Positions 30,782-40,695 of a stretch of DNA of 64,000 bases are shown one piece after another. Location of the stretch: the NCBI GenBank assembly GCA_965214405.1, contig OZ243956.1, forward strand, positions 4,434,327 through 4,498,326, given 5' to 3'. The position numbers and the translations under genes were made by a program. The notes below the pieces were generated by a model, which saw only the letters and a program-made list of their open reading frames with translations, was not told where the DNA came from and ran no database searches. The stretch comes from Trueperaceae bacterium. Lineage in GTDB: Bacteria > Deinococcota > Deinococci > Deinococcales > Trueperaceae. Position 1 is the first letter of the stretch, and each line of letters starts with the position of its first letter.

Positions 30782-31927
30782 ATGCAAACTCAGAAAAAAG
30801 CTCGAGCCCCCCACGCCGCGCCCGCGTCCTTTGGCGAGCGGGTGAGGGGGTGGCTCGAGCGCCACGCGGGCAACGTCTTCTTGCTCCCCGCCGTGCTGGT
30901 GGTGCTCGCGCTCTCTATTTTTCCGCTGCTTATCTCGGCCTATCTCGCACTGTCGCGCCTCCAGTTCGTCCGGGGGGGCATCGACATCACCTTCGTCGGC
31001 CTTGCCAACTTCCGCAAGCTCCTGTTAGGAAGCGAGCGGCAGCACTTTCGGGGCGTGCCGGGTGAGCTGTCGCTCCTCGCCTGGCTCGCTATCGGGGTCG
31101 CGGCGGCGCTTCTTATCTACGCGCTGTGGCGCTACGCGCGCGGGAAAGATGCAAGCGTCGGCGGCTTCGTCTACCGCGTGGTGACGTTCGGGATTTTAGG
31201 CATCGGCCTCTGGTACGTTCTCAAAACCTTGAGCGCGGGGGGTCGCCCCGGCAGCCTTATCGTGACGCTCGTTTATGTGTTTGTCGGCATCACTTTCCAG
31301 TACGCGCTCGGCCTCGGGTTGGCGCTCCTGACCACGCAGCAACTGCCGGGCCGCCGCTTTTTCCGCGTCGTCTTTCTCCTGCCGATGATGATTACGCCCG
31401 TCGGCGTCGCCTACACCTTCAGGATGCTCACCGACACGGGCAAGGGGCCGCTCAAGCCGCTCTTGGAGGCGGTGGGGCTCGGCGGCGCGTCTTGGGTCAC
31501 CAGCGCCTGGGGCGCGCGCTGGGCGGTGATGGGCGGGGACATCTGGCAGTGGACGCCCTTCATGTTTATTATCCTTTTGGCCGCCATCGAGGGCTTGCCC
31601 AACGAACTCTTCGAGGCCGCGCACGTGGACGGGGCAAGCCGCTGGCAAATCTTTTGGGCCATCACGCTGCCGCAAATCGTCCCGGTGAGCGCCACGGTGG
31701 TGCTCATCCGCATGATTGAGGCGTTCAAGATTGTGGACCTGCCCAACGTCTTGACCAACGGCGGGCCGGGCACCGCCACGGAATCCTTGACGCTCCACTC
31801 GTTTTTCACCTGGCGCGCGCTCGATTTGGGCGGCAGCGCCGCGATTGCCTATATGCTGATGTTCGTGTCGCTCTTTATCTGCATCTCATACGTCAACCTT
31901 ATCTACGCGCCCGCGACCCGGCGGTGA
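30782..31927 (+). CDS. Carbohydrate ABC transporter permease (MalF-like)
   Basis: FVGLANF, LPMMITPV, WQWTPF, EAAHVDGAS, GGPG. Confidence 0.92.
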   Translation: MQTQKKARAPHAAPASFGERVRGWLERHAGNVFLLPAVLVVLALSIFPLLISAYLALSRLQFVRGGIDITFVGLANFRKLLLGSERQHFRGVPGELSLLAWLAIGVAAALLIYALWRYARGKDASVGGFVYRVVTFGILGIGLWYVLKTLSAGGRPGSLIVTLVYVFVGITFQYALGLGLALLTTQQLPGRRFFRVVFLLPMMITPVGVAYTFRMLTDTGKGPLKPLLEAVGLGGASWVTSAWGARWAVMGGDIWQWTPFMFIILLAAIEGLPNELFEAAHVDGASRWQIFWAITLPQIVPVSATVVLIRMIEAFKIVDLPNVLTNGGPGTATESLTLHSFFTWRALDLGGSAAIAYMLMFVSLFICISYVNLIYAPATRR

Positions 31928-31977
31928 GACGGGTTTTGAAAAGTTCAGGAGCCGTTATGCTTTCGGTACCAAGAGGC

Positions 31978-32025
31978 AAAATGTTTGAGAGCCAGGATGT
32001 TTAAGAGTCAAAATGTTTAAGAGCC
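31978..32025 (+). repeat. Three tandem imperfect 16-bp repeats, each containing ATG, at the permease start
   Basis: ATG at 31981, 31997 and 32013 (ATGTTTGAGAGCCAGG, ATGTTTAAGAGTCAAA, ATGTTTAAGAGCC). Confidence 0.85.
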
Positions 32026-33029
32026 GGGGTCTCAACAAGCCTTCGCCCTTCGGCGCGCTCGTCTCGTACCTGCTGCTCGGCGTTTGGGCGCTGGTGGTGC
32101 TTTTTCCGCTCTACTGGGTGGTCATCACCTCGTTCAAGTTGCCTATCGAGGTCAATAACGGCCCCTTTTATCTGCCTTTTGTGGACTTTCAGCCTGCAAC
32201 GGACGCCTGGCATTACGTCTTCGTGACCGTCTGGCGCGACACAGTGCGGCCCTTTGTCAACACCGTCGTGGTGGCGCTCCTCTCTTCGGCGCTGGCACTC
32301 CTTTTTGGCGGCAGCGCGGCCTACGGCCTCACAAGATTCACGTACCGCCCGCGCCTCGCCGCCGTGTTTACCGCGCTGGGGCTTCTCGCATTGGCGGTGG
32401 TGGGGGTGAATTTTGGTGTGCCCTGGGTGCTCGCCGCCGTTGTCGTGGTGGCGGTATTTTTTCTCCTCTTGGGGCCAATCTCTAAACGTTCGGCGCGTTC
32501 ACTCAAGAACAGCGACATCGCTTTTTGGCTTATCTCGCAGCGCATCCTGCCGCCCGTCGCCATCATCATCCCCATCTACATTTTGTTCCAGCAGCTCGGG
32601 CTCTTGGACACCCGGACGGCGCTCATTGCGACCTACATGGCGGTCAATCTGCCCATCGTCGTGTGGCTCATGCGCGACTATTTTGCGAACATCCCGATTG
32701 AGCTAGAGGAGTCCGCCCGCGTGGACGGCGCGTCGCCCTACCGCGTGTTCTGGTCCATCGTCTTGCCCTTGTCCACGCCCGGCTTGGTCGCCACCTTCTT
32801 GTTCGTGCTGGTGTTCGCCTGGAACGAGTACCTGCTGGCGCTCTTTTTATCCAAGGCGAACGCGCAGACGATGCCCCTGCTTATTGCCGCGCAAAACGCG
32901 ACGCGCGGGCCGCAGTGGTGGACGATGTCGGTGCTTATTTTGGTCATGATTGTGCCGGTGATTGTGTTGGCAATTGCGCTCGAGCGTTTTATCTCGAGGG
33001 GGCTCCTAGTGGGAGCGGTCAAAGGGTGA
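32013..33029 (+). CDS. Carbohydrate ABC transporter permease (MalG-like)
   Basis: FPLYWVVITSFK, EESARVDGAS, AWNEY, GAVKG C-terminus. Confidence 0.92.
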   Translation: MFKSRGLNKPSPFGALVSYLLLGVWALVVLFPLYWVVITSFKLPIEVNNGPFYLPFVDFQPATDAWHYVFVTVWRDTVRPFVNTVVVALLSSALALLFGGSAAYGLTRFTYRPRLAAVFTALGLLALAVVGVNFGVPWVLAAVVVVAVFFLLLGPISKRSARSLKNSDIAFWLISQRILPPVAIIIPIYILFQQLGLLDTRTALIATYMAVNLPIVVWLMRDYFANIPIELEESARVDGASPYRVFWSIVLPLSTPGLVATFLFVLVFAWNEYLLALFLSKANAQTMPLLIAAQNATRGPQWWTMSVLILVMIVPVIVLAIALERFISRGLLVGAVKG

Positions 33030-33036
33030 GGGGAGC

Positions 33037-33957
33037 ATGGACATGAACATCATGTGTTTGGGTGACGCGCTGATCGACTTCAAGGAGGTCGGCCCGCTGA
33101 CCTTTAAGGGTTTCGTCGGGGGGTCGCCGCTCAACGTGGCGGTGGCGGGCTCGAGGTTGGGGGAACGGGTCGGTTTTGCATCACAGGTTTCAGACGACCA
33201 GTTTGGCCGGGCGATTCGCGCGCACTTAAACGAGAACGGGGTGGACACGTCGTTTTTGCTCGAGAGTGACGCCCCTTCTACGCTGGCTTTTGTGGGCGAG
33301 GTGGAAGGCGAAGCCGTCTTCGACTTTATCGCCAACCGCTCCGCCGACGTGCTCTACGACCCCCAGCCGCGCCAGACGTTCCCCGAGTCGGTCAAGATGG
33401 TGCAGTTCGGCTCGATTAGTTTGCTCCAGGAGCCCGCCGCGACCACCTTGACGGACACGGTGGCGAAACACAGTCACGCGACCGTCGTTTTCGACCCTAA
33501 CGTGCGCCCGGCACTCATCCCCGACAGGGACGCGTTCGAGGCGAGGCTGAGGCGCGACTGGCTGCCGATTAGCGACCTCGTCAAGGTGAGTTCACAAGAC
33601 CTGCGCTGGCTCTATCCCGATACCCCTTATGAGGAGGTGGCGCGGGCGTGGCTTCAAGAGGGGCCTGGGGCCGTCATCATCACCGACGGCGGCGCGGGCG
33701 GGACGCTCCACCGGAGGGCCAGCGAGCCTCTATACGTGCCCGCGCCCCGCGTGACGGTGGTGGACACTGTGGGCGCGGGCGACACCTTCACCGGGGCGCT
33801 GATGGTGGCGCTTCTGGAGGAGCCAAAACGCTCTGACGACGCCTGGCGGGACGCGCTCGCCTTTGCCGCCGCCGCCGCCGCGGTGAACTGCACGCGGGCG
33901 GGGGCGGACCCGCCGACGCGGGGGGAGTTGGAAGCGTTTCTCGAGGAGAATTCCTAA
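33037..33957 (+). CDS. PfkB family carbohydrate kinase (fructokinase-like)
   Basis: GGSPLNVA, FDPNVRP, DTVGAGDTF. Confidence 0.92.
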   Translation: MDMNIMCLGDALIDFKEVGPLTFKGFVGGSPLNVAVAGSRLGERVGFASQVSDDQFGRAIRAHLNENGVDTSFLLESDAPSTLAFVGEVEGEAVFDFIANRSADVLYDPQPRQTFPESVKMVQFGSISLLQEPAATTLTDTVAKHSHATVVFDPNVRPALIPDRDAFEARLRRDWLPISDLVKVSSQDLRWLYPDTPYEEVARAWLQEGPGAVIITDGGAGGTLHRRASEPLYVPAPRVTVVDTVGAGDTFTGALMVALLEEPKRSDDAWRDALAFAAAAAAVNCTRAGADPPTRGELEAFLEENS

Positions 33958-33960
33958 ACC

Positions 33961-35049
33961 ATGCCGACCACCGTCCACCTGCACCGCCGCTTTTTTGGCG
34001 AACTCGAGCGCCCCCTCCTCACCCACGGCTCCCTCTCCGCCTCTACTTTTTTATTTGACAGCGGCGTCCACGCGCTGAGGCTCAAAAGCGCCCATGTGGA
34101 CCTCGTCATGCTCCCCTTCCAGGGCCAGCAAATCTGGCGGGCGGTGGTGGACGGGCGCGACCTCACGATGGCGTCGATGTTTAATGAGCCCCGACCGACG
34201 ACCGACTACCTGAAAACCTACGGCGGCTTTCTCATCCACTGCGGCGTCACGGCGATGGGCGTACCCGGCGCGGGAGACACGCACCCGCTTCACGGCGAGC
34301 TGCCCAACGCGCCCTTTCAAAAAGCGTACGTTGTCGTTGGTGAGGACGAACGGGGCGCGTACCTTGGGCTCGGCGGTGAGTATCAGCATACGGTGGCGTT
34401 CTCGCACCACTACCTGGCCCGTCCGCTCGTCAAGCTTTACGAGGGCTCGAGCCGCTTCACAATGGAACTTAGCGTTCACAACCTCAAGCGCACCGAGATG
34501 GAACTCATGTACCTGGCGCACATCAACTTTAGGCCCGTCGATAACGGCAGACTCGTCTACAGCGCCCCCGCCGACCCGGAGCACGTGCGGGTTCGTAAGA
34601 GCATTCCGTCACATGTGACGCCCAAGGAGGGGTATGAGGCGTGGCTCGAGCACCTCGCCACCCACCCCGAAGAGCACCACGTCTTAAAGCCCGGTCTCCC
34701 CTTCGACCCCGAGGTGGTCTTTCTTATCGACTATCTTGCCGACGCCGAGGGTTGGGCGCACACCATGCAGGTCCGGCCCGACGGGACGGCGGACTACATG
34801 CGCCACCGACCCAGTGAACTGGACACGGGCGTGCGTTGGATTTGCCGGACGCCCGACCAGGACGCGCTCGGTATGACCGACCCGGCCACCGCCGAGCCTG
34901 AAGGCTACAGCGCGGAAAAGGCTAAGAGGAACCTCAAAGTCGTTCCGGTGGGGGGCGTGTGGCGCTGCGAGGTCGAGATGGGTGTGCTGGAGCCCGCTGA
35001 GGTCGAGGCGACGGAAGCTCATGTCAACGCGATGCTTGAAAGTAAATGA
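33961..35049 (+). CDS. DUF4432 aldose-1-epimerase-like protein resembling DeoM (deoxyribose mutarotase)
   Basis: LPFQGQQIW, TYGGFLIHCG, DTHPLHGE, HHYLARP, SIPSHV, DPEVVF, PAT.EPEGY resemble enterobacterial DeoM as I recall it. Confidence 0.75.
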   Translation: MPTTVHLHRRFFGELERPLLTHGSLSASTFLFDSGVHALRLKSAHVDLVMLPFQGQQIWRAVVDGRDLTMASMFNEPRPTTDYLKTYGGFLIHCGVTAMGVPGAGDTHPLHGELPNAPFQKAYVVVGEDERGAYLGLGGEYQHTVAFSHHYLARPLVKLYEGSSRFTMELSVHNLKRTEMELMYLAHINFRPVDNGRLVYSAPADPEHVRVRKSIPSHVTPKEGYEAWLEHLATHPEEHHVLKPGLPFDPEVVFLIDYLADAEGWAHTMQVRPDGTADYMRHRPSELDTGVRWICRTPDQDALGMTDPATAEPEGYSAEKAKRNLKVVPVGGVWRCEVEMGVLEPAEVEATEAHVNAMLESK

Positions 35050-35065
35050 TGCTCACCATTCTTTC

Positions 35066-35227
35066 AGAGGGTGTTTGAGAAATCAGCTCGCGTCCACTAA
35101 AGCCCCCTTAACAAGGGGGTTTGGGGGATTTGCTTCGGCGAGATGCGCTGTAGAGGTTGTCAAAAAGGCAAATCCCCCTCATTCCCCCTTGTTGAGGAGG
35201 AGGCAAAAACATTTCCAAACACCCTCT
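35066..35227. mobile_element. MITE-like non-coding element (~162 bp)
   Basis: Terminal inverted repeats AGAGGGTGTTTGAGAAAT / ATTTC-CAAACACCCTCT; internal palindrome CCCCTTAACAAGGGG and a degenerate inverted counterpart. Confidence 0.6.
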
Positions 35228-35388
35228 AGGAAGCCCCAGCCGACCTCGCCTCAACACGCGCGAGTAAGATTCAGAACACTATCCAACCCAAAACTGCGCT
35301 TTCATGTCTTCTTAACACATCGCCACCGAATCTTGATTTGTGTGTAAGTTGTGTATAAGTTGTGTAATGTGTAAGAAGGGAGAGGGAG

Positions 35389-36120
35389 GTGTTCGGGAGG
35401 ATGTTCAGGCTCTTTTTAGTTCTCGGGTTGGCGGTTCTGTCCTTGACCTTCGCCGTAACGCCTGACGCAACCCGCGACAGCGACGCCGACGGGTATCCCG
35501 ACGCCGCCGAATTGACGAGCGCGGCGGAGCGGGTCGCTTTCAGAGAGTGGTTCGCCGCCGTTGCCGAGGCGCAGTACACCGCGCCCGCCCCCGACTGGAC
35601 GGAGCGCGACTGCTCCGGGCTGCTGCGTTACGCGTTTGTGGAGGCGCTCGAGCCCAAGACCGCCGCCTGGTTCGCGCAGTTCCCCTTCCTCAATCCCCCA
35701 CGCGTACCCGCCGTCAAAACCTTGAGTTATCCGCTGCCCGTCTTGAGCCGCAGCGTGTTCCGCATCGCCCCCGGCAGCTTTAGAGAAGATGATGTCGAGG
35801 CCGGACGCTTGGTCGGGCTCGCCACCGCCGCGGAGTTGATGCGTTACGCGACCCTCCCTCTAGGGCGCAGCGAGGCAGTAGCCGAACGCGGTGACCTTAT
35901 TTTTTTCGTACATCCTCTTGCAGAAGGTTCGGGCTATCACAGCATGGTGTATCTCGGGGACGGCAGGGTTGTTTACCACACGGGCTTAAGCCCGGAGGAG
36001 GGCGGCGAGGTGCGTTTGCTGAGCCTCGACACACTTCGCAAGCACCCCGACCCCAGTTGGCACCCGGACGCGGACAATCCAAATTTTCTGGGGTTTTATC
36101 GCTGGAAGATTGTAGATTAG
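35389..36120 (+). CDS. DUF1175 (YfaT-like) protein
   Basis: FREWFAAVAE.Q, RDCSGLLRYAF.EAL, GDLIFF, HSMVY, YHTG, NPNFLGFYRW. Confidence 0.85.
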   Translation: MFGRMFRLFLVLGLAVLSLTFAVTPDATRDSDADGYPDAAELTSAAERVAFREWFAAVAEAQYTAPAPDWTERDCSGLLRYAFVEALEPKTAAWFAQFPFLNPPRVPAVKTLSYPLPVLSRSVFRIAPGSFREDDVEAGRLVGLATAAELMRYATLPLGRSEAVAERGDLIFFVHPLAEGSGYHSMVYLGDGRVVYHTGLSPEEGGEVRLLSLDTLRKHPDPSWHPDADNPNFLGFYRWKIVD

Positions 36121-36155
36121 GGAAGTGCCGCGCGAGGAGTCGAGAGGGAAGTCAG

Positions 36156-36179
36156 AACAAGGGGTTGCAACCCCTTGTT
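36156..36179. repeat. Perfect 24-bp palindrome (REP-like)
   Basis: AACAAGGGGTTGCAACCCCTTGTT. Confidence 0.7.
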
Positions 36180-36284
36180 TCTCCCCGACTCCCATCACCC
36201 TGCCCAACAACGGTGCCTAAGCTGAATTAAACATATCTGCGTTTTGTTGCTCCTTTAGACGGCGTCGGCCAGAATAGGAAGGTT

Positions 36285-39200
36285 ATGACCCACATCCTCA
36301 AACTTGCAGGCCTGTTCCTCCTGTTGGCGTTCTCGCTGGGGTCGTCGCAGAGAGAGCAAATCTGGCTCTACGGCGGCGGGACTTTTAGCCCGGATGACGA
36401 GGTGAGTCTCGAGTACAGCGTCCCGCCCAATCAAGACGCCACGCTGACGCTCTACCGCGTCGGCAATCCTGAAAGGGTGCTCGAGCTGGGCGGTCCCGCC
36501 GATTTTAGGGAGACGGGGGCGCTCGAGCTGAGGCGCGTGCAGGTGCAAAGGGTGAGGCTCAAGCCCGACACTTACTACGGCGACGCGTCCTTTGGCACCT
36601 TGCGGCGCGGGCTTTACTTCGCGCAGTTGGAGAGCGGCTCCCAAAAAAGCGCCACGCTTATCCTCGTCACCGACCTCTCGTTGGTCGTGAAAACCGACGC
36701 GGACACGGTGCTTACCTATACAGCGGAGGGCGCGGCGGGCGAACCGCGCAAAGCTAGGGTCTATCTTTTGGATGGGCAAACCCGCTACGCCGAGGGCTTG
36801 GCGGATGACGAAGGGCTGACCGAGTTTGGCACTGGCTCCGATACCGGCACCCCAGACGATCTTGTCGTGGCGGCCAAGTTCGGCGACAGTTGGGCGTTCA
36901 GCAACGCGTACTGGAAAAGCTGGGCGCTAGAAAACGCCAAGGTGTACGTCCAGACCGACCGCTCGGTCTACCGGCCCGGCCACACAGTTTTTTTCAAAGG
37001 CACGGCGCGCGCGCCTTCGGGCTTAGCGCCCTTGGCGGGTAAAGAGGTGCAGTTTCTCGTGAGCGACGCGGATGGGAACGAAATTTTTGCGGACACGTTC
37101 ACCACGGACGCTTACGGGAGCTTTAACGGCGAGCTCTTGCTGAGCGCCGCCGCGCCGTTGGGCTACTACAGCGTAGAAACGACCCTGAACGGCGAAACGA
37201 GCTACGCCGACTTCGAGGTGCAAGCCTTTCAGAAACCCGAGTACCGCGTGAGCGTGACGCCCGCCGAGGCGGTCGCCGTGCAGGTCAACACCGCGACCTT
37301 TACCGTAAACGGCGAGTACCTGTTCGGCGGCCCCGTCGCGGGGGGCAAGGTCAACTACGCCGTGCTAAAGGCGCCCTACTACCGCTGGCGTTATACCTCC
37401 TCCTACGAATTTTATGAAGACTACGACTACACCGCCACCTACGGCGGCGAACTCATCGAGCGTGGTGAGGGCGTGCTGGACGCTGAGGGCAACCTCACCG
37501 TGACAGTGGCCTTGCCCGAGGGTGACGAAGATTATCAAATCACGCTCCAAGCGGGCGTGAGCGACGAGGCGCGGCGCGAGATTAGCGGTAGCGGCAGCCT
37601 GGTGGCGTACCGCGCGGGCATCGTGCTGGACGTGCAGACCGACCGCTACGCTTACAAAACGGGCGAGACGGCGCTAGCGACGGTGCGGGCTGAGGATTTG
37701 CAGGGCAATCCGGTGAGCGTGCCCTTCAGCCTCTCTACAGAGCGTTACGTGTGGGAGGCGGGGGAAAGTCGGACGATTGGAGGGCAGACCTACCAAGGGC
37801 AGACGAACGCGGACGGGGTGGGGACGGTGGCGCTCGAGTTCGCCGAGCAAGGTTCATATACCCTCATAGCCACGGCGCAAGACGCGTCGGGGCGGCAAAC
37901 CGAGGCCAGCGATTACACCTGGGTCTCGGGGAGCGAGCGTTGGTATTGGGCCTACGACGGCCTTACCATCACGCCGGACAAAGAAGAATACGAGGTTGGC
38001 GACACCGCGCGCTTTGTCGTGCAGTCGCCCGTGGCGGACGGTTACGCGTTGGTGACGCTCGAGGGCGACAGTCTCGCCGCCTACGAAATGGTCAAGCTCG
38101 AGGGGTCGGTGCTGACGTACGAACTGCCCATCACCGCCGCGATGACGCCCAACGGTTATTTGTCGGTCACCATCGTCGGCGACGGCGTGACCTACACCGA
38201 CACGGCGGGGTTCCGGGTGCCGCCGGACGACAAGTTCTTAAATGTTGAGATGACCTCCGACGCCGACACGTATAAACCGGGCGAGACGGGCCGCTTTGGC
38301 TTGCGCGTCTCGGACGCGTCCGGGCGCGGCGTGCAGGCGCAAGTGGCGCTCGCGTTGGTCGACGAGGGCATCTTCCTCGTTCGGCCCGACGGGACGCCGG
38401 ACATCCGCGGCTTTTTCTACGCGCTTAAAGACAACGTGGTGGGAACGCAGTTGAGCGACTGGTACTATTTCGGCAACACGCAACCGCTCGCGGAGGCTCC
38501 AGCGGCACCCGCACCGAGAGCCGCGATGGACGAGGCCGCGTTCGCGCAGAGCAAAACCGAGTTCGCCACCGCGGACTTGCGCGAGGATTTTCGGGACACG
38601 ATTTTGTGGTTGCCCACGCTTCAAACGGACGCCGACGGTCTGGCGTCGACCACCGTCACCTTTCCCGACAACCTCACCGAATGGCGGCTTACGGCGCGCG
38701 CGGTTACGCTGGGGGACGAGGTAGGGCAGAACACGTATAGCGTCAAAACGACCTTGCCCGTTATCGCTCGCTTAGCCGCGCCGCGCTTTTTTATCAAGGG
38801 GGACGAGGCGAGCTTGCGCGTTATTGGGCAGAGCAACTTAGACACGGACCAGGAGGGGCGGCTCGAGCTGTCCGCCGACGGCCTCAGCGTACTCAATACC
38901 GAACCTCAACCCACAACCCTCCCGGCGGAAGGCCGCAGCAGCGCCAATTTCAATGTCAGCGCGAACATGACGGGCACCGCCGAGGTGACCGCCACCGCCC
39001 TCACCCCGGCGGCGAGCGACGCCATGAAGGTGCCTCTGCCGGTATTGCCGCACGGCTTGCGCGACGAACTCGGTTGGACGAACGAAGGGGATACTAGCTG
39101 GACCTTTACCCTGCCCGCAAACGCCGACCTCAGCACCGCCGCGGGCACGCTTTACCTCACGCCCTCGCTCGCGGCGGCGGTGAGCCCCGCGCTGTCGTAT

Positions 39201-40688
39201 CTGGCGGGCTACCCCTACGGCTGCACCGAGCAGACGATGAGCCGCTTTTACCCGAGCGTGCTGGCGGCGCGGGCGGGTTCATTGGCGAGGTTACCCGACG
39301 ACGTTGCGACCAACCTAGACGACATCGTCGCCCAGGGCTTAGACCGCCTTTATGAGTTTCAGCACGACGACGGCGGCTGGGGCTTCTGGCAGTATGACGG
39401 CTCGAGCCCCTTCATCAGCGCCTACGTCGTCAACGGCTTGATTGAGTCTCAAGAGGCGGGTTATAGGGTCAAAGACACGGTGCTCGAGAACGCTCTCGAC
39501 TACTTGCAATCTGTCGTCCAAACCTCTCTCGCTACCACGACGGACGGCGGGAGCTTGGTCGACGCCGACGCCAAAGCGTACGCCTTTCTCGCGTTGGCAA
39601 GGGCAAATCGACCCATTGACGGCCTCGGCAGAGTCGTGGGTCGCGCCGACATGTCGCCCTACGGCCTCGCGCTCAGCGTTTTAGCGTTTCACGAGGTGGG
39701 GCGGGATGTGGAGGCGAACCTCTACTTAGACGAACTCTTATCCCGCGTCACCGAGCGTGACCGCGTCGCCTATTGGGAGACGAACGCGCCGCGCTACTAC
39801 TGGAACGACGACCGCGTGGAGGCGACGGCTTATGCGCTGGAAGCCTTGGCCGAACTGCGCCCCGACGCGCCGATTCTGCCCAAAGTCGTGAACTGGCTGC
39901 TGCTCGAGCGCAACGGTGCCCGCTGGGTCTCGACCAAAGACACCGCCGCCGTGGTTCGAGCCTCCCTCGTCCTCGCCGATACAACTGGCGAGAGCGCGAG
40001 CGATTATCAGGTAAGCGCGCGCCTCAACGGGTCGGAACTCGTCAGCACCAGCCTCGACCAAACCAACCAAGGCGTCGAGGTGCCGCTGGACGGCTTTGAC
40101 TCCGGTCCTAACGTGCTCGAGGTGAACGTTTCAGGTGACGGTACGCTTTACTCGAGCGCCGCCGTCTCATTCTTTAGCGAGCAAGAAGACTTCACACCGC
40201 AAACGGAAGACTTCACGATTAGGCGCCGTTACCAGCGCCTCGAGCCCGTGTATAACGAGAGCGAACAACAGTACATCTACAGCCGGACGACCTTGCGCGG
40301 CCCTGCGGAAGTCGGCGACTACCTCCTCGTCACCGTGACGATTGACCCCAAAGACGACTACCGTTACGTCCTCGTCAACGAACCCCTGCCCGCCGGGTAC
40401 CGGGTCATCGAGGACGACGGGGCGTTCCGGGTGGCGGGCGTTGAGCCGCGCTACGGTTACGACTACTACGGCTGGAACTACTGGTTTGACGGGCGCGAGG
40501 TGTACGACGAGCGGGTGGACTACTACTTCGCCGAGCTGAGCAGCCCGGTGACCTTTACTTACATCCTTCGCGCCGAGACGCCCGGCACCTTTGCGGCCTT
40601 GCCCACCCAAGCCTGGCTGATGTACGAGCCCGAGGTGGAGGGCACGGGACCGGACGCGACCTTGCAGATTGCTGAAGAAGGCCAATAG
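36285..40688 (+). CDS. Bacterial alpha-2-macroglobulin (YfaS/YfhM-like) with intact thioester motif
   Basis: Signal peptide, TDRSVYRPG (MG2), REDFRDT.LW, PDNLTEWR, YPYGCTEQ, QHDDGGWGFW, EPLPAG, MYEPE. Confidence 0.93.
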   Translation: MTHILKLAGLFLLLAFSLGSSQREQIWLYGGGTFSPDDEVSLEYSVPPNQDATLTLYRVGNPERVLELGGPADFRETGALELRRVQVQRVRLKPDTYYGDASFGTLRRGLYFAQLESGSQKSATLILVTDLSLVVKTDADTVLTYTAEGAAGEPRKARVYLLDGQTRYAEGLADDEGLTEFGTGSDTGTPDDLVVAAKFGDSWAFSNAYWKSWALENAKVYVQTDRSVYRPGHTVFFKGTARAPSGLAPLAGKEVQFLVSDADGNEIFADTFTTDAYGSFNGELLLSAAAPLGYYSVETTLNGETSYADFEVQAFQKPEYRVSVTPAEAVAVQVNTATFTVNGEYLFGGPVAGGKVNYAVLKAPYYRWRYTSSYEFYEDYDYTATYGGELIERGEGVLDAEGNLTVTVALPEGDEDYQITLQAGVSDEARREISGSGSLVAYRAGIVLDVQTDRYAYKTGETALATVRAEDLQGNPVSVPFSLSTERYVWEAGESRTIGGQTYQGQTNADGVGTVALEFAEQGSYTLIATAQDASGRQTEASDYTWVSGSERWYWAYDGLTITPDKEEYEVGDTARFVVQSPVADGYALVTLEGDSLAAYEMVKLEGSVLTYELPITAAMTPNGYLSVTIVGDGVTYTDTAGFRVPPDDKFLNVEMTSDADTYKPGETGRFGLRVSDASGRGVQAQVALALVDEGIFLVRPDGTPDIRGFFYALKDNVVGTQLSDWYYFGNTQPLAEAPAAPAPRAAMDEAAFAQSKTEFATADLREDFRDTILWLPTLQTDADGLASTTVTFPDNLTEWRLTARAVTLGDEVGQNTYSVKTTLPVIARLAAPRFFIKGDEASLRVIGQSNLDTDQEGRLELSADGLSVLNTEPQPTTLPAEGRSSANFNVSANMTGTAEVTATALTPAASDAMKVPLPVLPHGLRDELGWTNEGDTSWTFTLPANADLSTAAGTLYLTPSLAAAVSPALSYLAGYPYGCTEQTMSRFYPSVLAARAGSLARLPDDVATNLDDIVAQGLDRLYEFQHDDGGWGFWQYDGSSPFISAYVVNGLIESQEAGYRVKDTVLENALDYLQSVVQTSLATTTDGGSLVDADAKAYAFLALARANRPIDGLGRVVGRADMSPYGLALSVLAFHEVGRDVEANLYLDELLSRVTERDRVAYWETNAPRYYWNDDRVEATAYALEALAELRPDAPILPKVVNWLLLERNGARWVSTKDTAAVVRASLVLADTTGESASDYQVSARLNGSELVSTSLDQTNQGVEVPLDGFDSGPNVLEVNVSGDGTLYSSAAVSFFSEQEDFTPQTEDFTIRRRYQRLEPVYNESEQQYIYSRTTLRGPAEVGDYLLVTVTIDPKDDYRYVLVNEPLPAGYRVIEDDGAFRVAGVEPRYGYDYYGWNYWFDGREVYDERVDYYFAELSSPVTFTYILRAETPGTFAALPTQAWLMYEPEVEGTGPDATLQIAEEGQ

Positions 40689-40695
40689 AGAGCGT

